Assembly: GCF_052425735.1 (NCBI RefSeq)
Contig: NC_135758.1
Coordinates: 28,334,001 to 28,398,000 of the forward strand
Length of the DNA: 64,000 bases
DNA from: Oculina patagonica
Lineage: Eukaryota
Reading direction: 5' to 3'
Positions 1-9,995 of the stretch are shown here, piece after piece. The notes beneath the pieces are model-generated. The model was given only the letters and a program-made list of their open reading frames with translations, was not told the origin of the DNA and did no database searches. The first letter of the stretch is position 1; each line of letters begins with the position of its first letter. Both the position numbers and the translations under genes were made by a program.

Positions 1-349
1 TTTTTTTAAAAAATATACATGTATTATGACCAGATTATGACCAGCCTTTCTTATGTTGGGTATTCATTAAGTGCTATTACCAGGTATAAAAGTGAGTGCT
101 GATTTATAAAATCATTCATAACACTGACTAGTGGAGAGGATGGTTTCCTGTCCAGGGGAGGTCATGGGGAAGAGATATTGAAGATAAAAGTGATATGGAA
201 TTTAGGTGAGAAGGAATTTTGGGATTGGAATAATTGAGATACTTTGAATTTTTACCCCACTTATTTAATAATGAATGGTATTAATTTAATTTGTACTTTG
301 TATTGGTTCATGGTATTTCTGGGATAAAGTATCAATTGGCACATTTTGA

Positions 350-590
350 GTCAAGTGGCCCCTCAGGCCAGAGAGCAGCTTTTCCCAGTTTTGGTAGCAT
401 AAAATGACTAGGAGTAATTCAACTCCCCCTGGATAGGATGCTAGTCCATCGCAGGGTTTCCCCCAGTAGTAAATTCACTGGTACCCATTTATACACAAGG
501 GTGGAGAGAGACACTATGAGAGTAAAGTGCCTTGCCCAAGAACACAAGGCAGTGCCCCAGCCAGGGCTCGACACGGCCCACTCAATCCAG
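350..590 (-). mobile_element. tRNA-derived SINE copy (5' degenerate)
   Basis: Reverse complement of the SINE body at 9339-9638 (GGGCAAG-CACTTTACTCTCA, GTATAAATGGGTACC, GGACTAGCATCC). Confidence 0.75.
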
Positions 591-752
591 TGGATGGGAA
601 CCACCAATATCCAATTTTACAACATTTTTTTTTTTTTTTTTTTTTGGGGGGGGGGGGTGGGGGGGGACTTTAATTCTTGAAGGTTACAAGACTCTTTGGA
701 ACTTAAACTGAACTTAAAACTGTGGTAACTGGATTATACTTTAACAACCTAC

Positions 753-2047
753 CTTAGGGTCATGAACAAATAAACTTCCTTTGCTGCCTGGAGGCATGTC
801 TCCTGTAGCCATGTAGTTAAGGCATTCTATAACTGACTGCAAAACATTAGAAGCAAAATTTTGCGGAAGTTAAGAAAAAAATATTGATAAAACTTATAAA
901 TAATAATATTATGGTAGTTGAGGTCTAGAAAAAGACCACACAATCAATATTATTTGCTTCTTTTGAAAGGGGTTTATCAATGTGTTAAATGTACTTAAAA
1001 ATATAATAAGGCTAATTTTTCACTAGCGAAGGAGTCTGGCTTATCCCACTTTATGAAGCATAAGCAACCCGGAGTACCCATATTACTACTCCTTCCTATA
1101 TGGGATGCTATTCCATTATTAGGTTACCCCAACGCTAAATTTGCCAGTATTCATTAATACTCCTGGGTGGAGAAAGGTACTATGAGGGTAAAGTGTCTTG
1201 CCCAAGAATACAAGGTAATGACCCTGGCCAGGGTTTGAGCCCGGGGGGGCACCCTGTATCATTTTTGGGTGGGGGTGTGCCGCTGGGAATTTGAAGGCCT
1301 TACCCTATCCTAGACCATTTTCAGCTGATTTTTGCAACCCTATACTAGACTAGACACCGAAAATCCCTACCCTATCCCAGACTTGCATTTTTTTAGAACT
1401 GTATCACTATCAGTGTTTTAATGGAAAACCATCTGTCAGCAACGATGCCGCGATGTTTTTATTAACGTTTAGGAAATCCTCTTTCTCTTCTGAGTTTCTA
1501 TTCCTATTCTGGACTTATTTCGTCATACCACCGATCAGTTTCCCGCAAAATGTCTACCCTTTTCCAGATCAAAACTCTCTGATTTCTATACCCTATCCCA
1601 GACTAAACTGCTTGAAAACCATACCCTTCACAGCGGCACATACCTATATAGCTCATGTATGGGAGTGCCCCCCGGGGGCTTGAGTCAGACACTAATCATT
1701 ATGCCACCGTACCTCCCTCCTCCCTCCTGGGCTCACTTGTACCCAGTTGCTACATGTATTCACAGATGTATCAGCCTGGAAAATATAGATATCTAGCCAA
1801 AACAGGTCTGGAGCAAGATCGACCAGAAATATTAATAGCAACTGGCAAAGGTGCAAGTCAGAGATGTAGATGACTGACATCGCAGCTCCACTATCATATA
1901 TTGAATATGCATTAAGTCAGTTACCGTCTTTCCTGCTCCATTTGGTCCAACAATCAATGTTAGTGGCTTTTGGAACTCAATGACACTTGGCTCAAGATGG
2001 GAATAGCTACGGATTCCTTGAATTTTCATCTTCTCTAGGGACGACAT
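753..2047 (-). CDS. RAD50: DNA repair protein RAD50, first two coding exons (gene continues beyond the left edge)
   Basis: Exon 2047-1925 = [15 protein letters not shown]...[14 protein letters not shown] (Walker A). Exon 836-753 = [32 protein letters not shown] boundaries in phase 0. Matches the known RAD50 N-terminus. Confidence 0.95.
1030..1717 (-). mobile_element. SINE copy interrupted by a MITE
   Basis: SINE body at ~1030-1239 and its tRNA-like head at 1677-1717 flank the 1240-1676 insertion. Confidence 0.65.
1240..1676. mobile_element. MITE with CCCGGGGG termini
   Basis: CCCGGGGGGGCAC...GTGCCCCCCGGG terminal inverted repeats. A related truncated copy lies at ~15205-15768. Confidence 0.7.
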
Positions 2048-2232
2048 CTTTAAAACCTGTGATTTGTCACACTACAGTACTTTGGTACTGTATGATGTTG
2101 AGCAACTTTCTGTAAAAAGGTTGTAAACTTAAGTTACAATGACAGTGCAAGCTGCATGTACCTTTAAAAATAAATTATTGTTGGGTTACAAAAACTTAAG
2201 TCATTAAAGGATACAATCATGTACTAGTGTTA

Positions 2233-2751
2233 GGGCCTGATTACATGAACCAGGCTGGCTGGGTTAGCCGGGCTGGCTCGGTTTGCTGAGATGACTTTCA
2301 GCCCGGCATTACATGAGCCTGGTTAGTCGGGCTGGCCTGGTTTGCCGAGATGACTTCCAGCCCAGTTTTATTAAGAATGCTCTTACATGTAGCACGGATG
2401 ATCTTGATCACCTTTTTCTGGCAATTTGGTGGTTAATTTTTTGCACTTATGCGGCTGAATGGGCTACTTTACCTCTACATCCTATTTAGAAGGAGGAACA
2501 TTGAATTTTTCGCCATATATTGTGCTCAAAAGAGAAATTTAATGCTGGCCGGTTTAGCCGGGCTGACCTGGTGAACAAGATTACATGGAAAATTTTCAGC
2601 CCGACTAGCCGGGATCTCGGCATCGCAAAACCGGGATCTCGGTTAACTGGGCTGGACGGGTGTCATGTAATCGCGATGTTGATTTTTGTTGCGTTTAACA
2701 GACGTACAGATCTCAGCAAACAGGGCCAGCCCTGCTCATGTAATCAGGCCC
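2233..2751. mobile_element. PIF/Harbinger-type MITE
   Basis: TIR GGGCCTGATTACATGA / TCATGTAATCAGGCCC with TTA TSD on both sides. Confidence 0.8.
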
Positions 2752-3140
2752 TTACAGTTGAGTTCACCCAATGTTAAAATGTGTGAGTAAGGAGATGTCA
2801 ATTGGTGTAACGTTACACTTGCATACAGAGTGAAATGCTACCATTTAATGTAACAACCCTGCCCGTCATCTCACTTTAGGGTGCAAATTGCTGATTTTGG
2901 TCTAAGGCCTGGTCATTGTGAGGTGTTTTTTTGCATTTGCGTGACCTTGCCGTTATGCCAATATGTTGCTAGTGTGTCAGAACCAGGCCTAACCAGGTAA
3001 AGCAAATATTTTTAGTGATCAAGATGTTGTTTAGCACTGTCATACTGTATTAGCACCCTAGAATGGTCTTCTTTTGACATTTTAGTGATTTGACAAGAAT
3101 CCCCTTTCTTTTTATGTTGGAGTCACTTCCCCGCCCCTGG

Positions 3141-3225
3141 TAGCGAGGCCTAGAGGACACAAACAAAATAAATAAATAAACATGCTTGTAAAATTTATTT
3201 TGTTTGTGTCCTCTAGGCCTCGCTA
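3141..3225. repeat. 33 bp perfect inverted repeat (hairpin), probably a MITE core
   Basis: TAGCGAGGCCTAGAGGACACAAACAAAATAAAT and its reverse complement, separated by 19 nt. Confidence 0.8.
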
Positions 3226-3260
3226 TCAAGCTGAATTTTGCTATCATAGAATTGATTGAT

Positions 3261-3881
3261 CCCGAGGTATCCAATCGAACGTTCGGTATCGAACTCAACG
3301 AACACCTTCGATTGGGTTCGTATCGAACATAATCGAACTCACAATAAAATTTGTCATCGAACTCAACGAACGTTCGATTACCGAACAACCAACAAACGAT
3401 CCGACGTCGATTACCGAATCCTTTTTTTATACTGCGTACATATTGTATGTGCACCATCCCCCTGCGATCGCCATACCTCGGGATGGACGATTCTGCACAG
3501 CCACGGGCACACCAGTCTGCCGAAGTTGGGAGATTGCCATTTGTTCTCACAATACACACTCCTATGTTGCAGTGAATGAAATGGTGCAACTTCTGTTGAT
3601 GTAGTGAGCAGGGCAGACCATATCTCCCTAAAGAATTTAACAATGTGATTTCAGTTTTTCCTCTTTTTTCTCTTCACCAAATATATCTACATTGACATCA
3701 GTTATTTGGTATTTATTTTATTCAATAAAGGTTATTTATAGTCCTTTACTACGAGAAGATTCAACAAAATCGAACCCGATTGAGTTATGGAGACGAACTC
3801 ACAGCAAAATAGATGTTCAGAACCGAACCACGACGACGGGCGATTGATTTTGGTTCGATTGGTTCGATTGGATACCCCGGG
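3261..3881. mobile_element. Non-autonomous DNA transposon with CCC termini (CACTA/EnSpm-like)
   Basis: TIR CCCGAGGTATCCAATCGAAC (19/20), subterminal ATCGAAC repeats, ATTGAT on both flanks. Confidence 0.75.
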
Positions 3882-4193
3882 ATTGATACAGCGCATCAAA
3901 CATCTGCTGTGTAATACACAAATACAACGCAGCGGTATTCAAAGAAAGCAACCAATAACCAATTTTGTTTGCACTAAGAACGTCAAAGATGAGTTGAAAT
4001 GTTTATCTGTTAATAAGCTTACTAAATGGCGCTTTTGCCCAAAAAAAGGAACGTGAAACCGTGATCCTGCGAAAGACCGCAAAACCAGTCAGGAATTTAC
4101 CGGAATGCATAAAATGCGAACGGATCAAAAGAAACTTTACATATCTGTGTCCGCTATACTGCACTGGAAAATAAAACATATTAATTAACTTAC

Positions 4194-4460
4194 CTTGATG
4201 GCTGATGAGGTGATCTCATCCAACAAACAAAGGAAATCAACCTAGCAGTCGCCTTCATTCATTCCCCAAATCTCCCGCCATTTTGAGAAAAATTAAGGCC
4301 TGGCAACTAAGCAAAGATTGGTTACAAAGCTGATACCGGCCGGCCGGTGTGGTTTGAAGTCAGCGTTTTCAGAGCTCATAAAATAAATAAAGGGCACTTA
4401 AATTTATTAAAAAGAACTCTACGTTCATATTTTGCTAGGATAAATTCATTTCCGACAATG
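4194..4460. promoter_or_regulatory. Probable bidirectional promoter shared by RAD50 (non-coding exon 1 ending at 4194) and the CISD3-like gene
   Basis: Minus-strand donor AG/GTAAGT at 4193, YY1-type AAAATGGCGG around 4276-4285, a CCAAT box (ATTGG ~4317), CpG cluster at 4335-4347, CISD3 ATG at 4458. Confidence 0.55.
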
Positions 4461-7400
4461 AGCCAACTTCCCGTTGAAGGTGCTTCGTGTGATACTGGCA
4501 AAAAGGCGTCCAAAGGTGGTAACCTGTGTCCAGCGGTAGCAATGGTAGGGTATATACTTTTCTGTGCCTTCATTTGTCGGTCAGCACTCATCTCCATATT
4601 TCAAAATGACGTGACGTCATGCACGAATTCCGAAGCACACTTCGGGTAAGCACTTCGGAAAGTGAACATGGCGGACAATAATAGTCACAGTTTACACATG
4701 TACCGAGTCTGGTTTTAAAATCAGAGATCGCTTGCAACAAACATCTATTGTTGCATTGGAAAGGTGAAGGCAGGCTATTATTTTTTTTCTACTTCTCATA
4801 GTCATACAGGATTTCCTACGTGAGCTTAATGCCTGATTGACTCATTCGTGATCTAGTCGTTTTGAAATATGGAATAATGCTCCATACATCAAAATGACAT
4901 CTAAGAAGTTCATTATCTTTCCTAGCTAAAAAACAATTAGAGTGAGCAAAGAAGGCAATGAAATGGCCAAAAGAAATGTTAAACAAGAAACTCTAGTTAA
5001 AATCTGAGATCATTTTATTATTAAGCTTTCCAAGTTTATTCCAAGTCTTACCATCACTTAAGAAACTTAATACAAAATCAAAAATTTACTGATTTGGCTC
5101 AGTAAGGAGCTCGTTACTGAAAAAAGCTCAATGCATGTTGAGTAACACTTACAAAAACTCAAATTACTAAAATACCAAATCTGCATGCAAGGATAATGCA
5201 CCTATCAATGTTAAGCCTGAGGGGGGGGGGGGGTCGGGCAAGGGGTGGGGATTTTGACATTTTCTATAAAAAAATGTCAAATTCCCCACCCCCGGGACAA
5301 AATAATTGGTCAAAATCCCCATGAAAGGTGGTCAGATGTCCTTCAAACCTTCTATAAATGACCAAAATCCCTACCCTGGGGGCATCACGTACGATCAAAA
5401 TCCCCACCCTGGGGACAGCGCTCACGATCAAAATCCCGTGGTCAGCCCGACCCCCCCCCCCCCTCGGGCTTAACATTGATAGGTGCATAATTACTGTTGT
5501 AACTTTTATTAGCATTGACTGCATGGTTGTGGAATCATCCAGGATCATAGAAATATTATTGTGATATCTTATAAGTAAATACAAGGCTTGATTTTGGCAC
5601 CTCGGGGGGTTAAAGTGCAGCATATTAAATAGGACAAAGAACCTAGCTGTGGACATGATTATGTGCTTCCAGAAAATGTCTATACTCCCCCACAGAAGGG
5701 ATTGGAAAATTCCTGAGGGTGGGAGGGGTTTCAAAGGCTAAAACTTAAACAAAATGTACGAAGCTTTATTGGAATTTCCGGAAGGGTGGGAGGTCCTTAG
5801 GAAAAATCTCTTTTGTGGGGGAGGTATGGATAATTTGCGGAACAACACATTATGAAAAAGAAACTCAATGGGGGGTATGAAATGATATGAACATTGACTC
5901 GGTTCAGAACTAAAGGTGATAATTTGATTGACTCAAACCATAATTTGTACAAATTATACAAACTCTTTTTAGCATATTAATTGACAAAGCATTTCTTTCT
6001 TGTCCCTTTGTCAAGCTGCAGCTAACAGCCTTGGAAATGTTATGGAACTGCTGTTATGTTTTCGCACCTTTCAGTATTACATGTATTTTTCTAGACTGGA
6101 AAATCACCATTATGAAGGTGCTTTGCCTGGACATTTCACTAATGGTATTATCAGAGAGTAATTTTCTTCATCATTTTACTTCAATCAATCCTTAACCTTG
6201 ACATTCAGATAATGTAAATAACCATCAAAGAGAAATGTTCATACACCTAGCAGTAAATCGCTGGACTAAACTTTCATTAACATTTCATCTGAATGTCCAG
6301 GCAGGACAACATTGTCCTACAAGTTGATAGTTTTTTTATTTGGAGAAGGGATAGGGAAGATAAGGGAATACTCATGGATGTTTTATGGCTTTCTGACAAC
6401 AGCTGACTAGTGCAAATGGGAATTTCTTGCATTCTTGCCTCTGCATGCATCACAACTCCACTTCCTTTTGCTGTTAATTACCCAGTCAGGAATGTTCACA
6501 CAGGTTGGATGATACCATTGATTACACTGAGAACACTGTACATACTCATTGTTGTCATTTGGCATTCTACAAGCGCAGAAGATGGGCACGGTTGTTCTGT
6601 GGTTGCTGGGATGGTAAGGTACCCTCCGTGGTGCTCTTGGAAAAGGAACCATTTTTAGCGAATCAAGGCAGCTGACATAATGGGCACGCATTTTTTCTTG
6701 GTCATAGGATTGAGTCACTGGATCTATGCCATGGCACAAATCTGTTGCATATGCAAGTGCAAACAAGCCACAGTCACTCATGTTGGTTTGCTTTTGAACC
6801 TTCTCATTCGAGAATAAAATGGAATCCCCAGCATGCATGAGCATGCGGCAAGAATGGCGGATCGCAATAGGATTAACTCTTTGGAACAAGCTGTCATATA
6901 TCTTGATAGTTCCAGGCCTGCAAGGAATGGTACTGAGACATACCCAATGATTACCTCCTTGTTTTGAAGGGATGATCACTCTCCTGAAAAGCCAAGTTAA
7001 ATTTCAGGCTTTATAAAACAAGTGTAATAATTTTATTATTTTGATTGCATGAGACTGATAATATTGTCACTCATTTTACCTTTTGTGTTGCAAATTTGAC
7101 TTTTTCATTTTTCTTCCTGTCTGGACCATGCTGGCAATAAAATATTTTAGATCCAATTATCATAAAAGGAACTCCATCATAATGTAGTCTGTCACTTTTA
7201 AAAAAGATTTTCCTTGACTTACTGAATGGATCTGTGCAAAAATAAGATTTTTTTTTAATAACACAATGCTTTGTTGTTAACAATGCTAATGATAGTTGCT
7301 TTAATTTTTAAAATGGCAGGGGTGTCATGAGGGCCGGCTGCCGGCTAATTTCACTGGCTGAAAGAGGACATAAATGCCCTCCTCTGAGTATCTCATGTAT

Positions 7401-9043
7401 CCCCTGTGTATGTTGTGTAGCCCTAAAATAAAGGGGTCTTAATTTTTTCCTCACCACTCACCCCCTTCCCCCACAGGAGACCCTTTGATATGATATTCTA
7501 AAACCTGAACATACACTGTTTCGAAATTGCCCGCGAAAAAACCTGCAGTGTCTCTTGGGTTGGCGGAAAATAAACTTCGCCTATTCGGTATGCAGTCGTC
7601 GGTCGTTCGGAAATTATCGTAACCTAACGAACGTCCTCGCGAACGTCAGTTTCACGTATGGAGCCAATTCCATACTTCAAAATGTCCAATGCTTTTTTCC
7701 TCCGTTTGATGACTTTGATGAACCCAGAATTTTTAGACACGATCAGACTTTCAGTTATTATTTTTTTAAGCATTCTTCCAAAGTCATAAGAGATAAACTT
7801 GAAGATAAAATGTTTTGAAAGACTGTTTGTAAAGGGCCCGTAAATAGCCGCCTCGTTCGGCGCAGTCAAAAGGTAATATTATTCTTATGACAACACTTAA
7901 ATATAATTACTATTCTTACCATAGCAAACGCCTGCATTTCTGAGGAGAATAAACTGAATAAAGGGCAATGCAGACAGGGTGTGTGACTGTGTGGCGTTAC
8001 TTTTAAAATAAGCCGAAGTGTATTGACGAACCGAACCCGAAGATCGGGAATGACGTCACGTCATTTTGGAATATGGAGATGAGTGCTGACCTCATTTGTC
8101 GGCTCGATATTTGCATCTAGCGATTTCAAAATGGGTCATACTGCTGCCAAATATCTTATGGAATCCATTGCTGTGTATTTTTACTGTAAATTTCCACGGG
8201 AGAGCTGTCTAAGGTGACATTCATAGACAAGTTGATAGACATAGACATTCGAGAGCGGGAGAGGGGGGGGGGGGGTGTACCAAATGGAAACCCTAAGAGG
8301 GGCGGAAAAGTGCCCTGAGGAAAAGTCTTCTCCCCACCCAGTTAGTGCTGTTTGCTTGTTAATTGCTCTTTAGTGTTTTGTTGCCATTAATTGGATGGGG
8401 TGAAGCGGTGGGGTGGTGGATAAATTAGAGCGCACATTTTTGGCGAGAGGTGGGAGTTATTAACCAAGTTTGAAAACACAAATGTTTCAATTTTTTGCAC
8501 TATTATTTTTTCTTTTTACAAAATCATAGTATGGGCCTTGCAATGTTGAAGATTTGAAACCAGGCAAGACCATGAAGTGGTGTACATGCGGACTGAGTAA
8601 AACGCAGCCATGGTGTGATGGTGAGTTAAAGTTTGTTTTATCATAATTCACGAAGTAAAAGAAAGGATGGACTGTTGGACAGACAGACAGACTTGCAAAC
8701 AGACAGACAGATGGGTGGACTGACTGACCAACCAACTGACCAACCAAAATGCAACTGTCAAATGAATGGATATATAGATGAATCTGTATCAACCTTTTAC
8801 TGCATAATATTCTTAGGAGCCCATAAGAAAACTGGTTTCAAGTCACTAAAATGGAAGGTTCCTGACCATCCCCAGAGGATCTACTCAATTTGTGCCTGCA
8901 AGCACACCAAGAATCCACCCTTCTGTGATGCAACCCATGTCAATCTTCCAACAGTGGTAACGGAAAGACAAAAGAACTGCAAAAGCGCTCATGAGAAGGA
9001 CATGAAATTATGCACTGGCTGTGGGTGGGTTCCCAAGTGGTAG
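4458..9043 (+). CDS. CISD3: CDGSH iron-sulfur domain protein with two CDGSH motifs (CISD3/MiNT-like)
   Basis: Exons 4458-4544, 8530-8620 and 8817-9043 join in phase: ...LCPAVAM|YGPCNVEDLKPGKTMKWCTCGLSKTQPWCD|GAH...CACKHTKNPPFCDATH... Confidence 0.88.
5197..5487. mobile_element. MITE nested within the MULE (TAA TSD)
   Basis: TIR TGCACCTATCAATGTTAAGCC with TAA at 5194-5196 and 5488-5490. A second MITE follows at ~5660-5852. Confidence 0.8.
6407..7240 (-). pseudogene. MULE coding remnant: CARF-like N-terminal fragment plus Ulp1-like (C48) protease and PHD finger
   Basis: 7071-7240 reads YDGVPFMIIGSKIFYCQHG (resembles CARF/MULE-associated N-terminal domains). 6407-6960 has the NHW..YDS..QTNMSDCG triad and a C4HC3 PHD (CAC..CSQCNQWYHPTC..WSCDAC). 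No DDE core seen between them. Confidence 0.75.
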
Positions 9044-9338
9044 ATAACAAGGATGAAATAATTAAAATGCAAGCATTTTATATTTTTATACAGTATATTC
9101 ACAATACACATTTTGTGGTTTTTGGCTGTTATGGAATAGCAGCAAAACAAAATGATGCTCATTTGAAAATTGAAGTTTCCCTTTTTTATCAATTACAATA
9201 ATTAATTAATTATTAATTATTGATGTTATATATGGTATTAAAATAATTTAAAGTATTGAAAAGAAAGAAAAGTTCAGGCCATCTTTCTCCTAGCCTTGCT
9301 GTTTATCACTGGTTTTAATCCAAGTTTACATACATGAT

Positions 9339-9638
9339 ATTGTGGGAGGCGCGGTGGCCTAATGGTTAGTGCGCCGGACTCCGGATCGAGCGGTCCGAGT
9401 GCGAGCCCCGGCCAGGGTCACTTGTGTTGTGTTCTTGGGCAAGACACTTTACTCTTATAGTTCCTCTCTCCACCCAGGTGTATAAATGGGTACCGGCGAC
9501 ATAATGCTGGGGGGGACCCTGCAATGGACTAGCATCCCATTCAGGGGGGAGAAGAAATATTCCTAGCCGCTTAATGCTACGGAAACCGGGATAAGCTCCG
9601 GCAGTGTGGGCCGCTTGGATCGTGGCTTCTCCTCCTCC
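9339..9638 (+). mobile_element. Full-length tRNA-derived SINE between the convergent CISD3 and ITPA 3' ends
   Basis: A/B-box-like head (GGTGGCCTAATGG...GTGCGAGCCC), (CTC)n tail, 13 bp TSD TTACATACATGAT at 9326-9338 and 9639-9651. Confidence 0.85.
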
Positions 9639-9995
9639 TTACATACATGATGTGTGTTCCATCACAGCTACATCTTTCCTTTATTTCAGTTTCACAACAT
9701 ACATGTAGTAACAATTTATTTTTCTATAATTGCAAAACCCCGAAAAGTAGGTTTCCAAGAATAAGGTTATCATTCACATTCTCCCAAATACTGTCAAATA
9801 ATACAAAATTAGAGTAATAATAGAGACTTGTAAGAAGATAAGTATTGTGATTAATGACTGCAGTGATTTAAATTAGGTAGTGAAACAAAGTGAAATGCTG
9901 AAACTGTTGGCACTCAAAGACTCTTTAATAATAAAATCAACAAAAGTAACAAATATACATCAAGTACTATTATATTAATTTAGTATTGATAGTGG

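Larger units (their letters stand above)
4579..8091 (-). mobile_element. Internally deleted Mutator-like element (MULE) in CISD3 intron 1
   Basis: 42 bp TIRs at 4579-4620 and 8050-8091 (41/42 identical, GG termini). Exact 9 bp TSD TCATTTGTC at 4570-4578 and 8092-8100. Confidence 0.9.

Noticed and set aside
3050-4056. ORFs of 197, 107 and 89 aa
   Set aside because: They overlap MITE sequence and show no recognisable domain or splice structure.
4347-4649. MULE disrupting the CISD3 coding exon
   Set aside because: The donor at 4545 joins in phase to 8530, so the insertion is intronic.
9344-9415. tRNA gene
   Set aside because: It is the head of a SINE with a body, tail and TSD.
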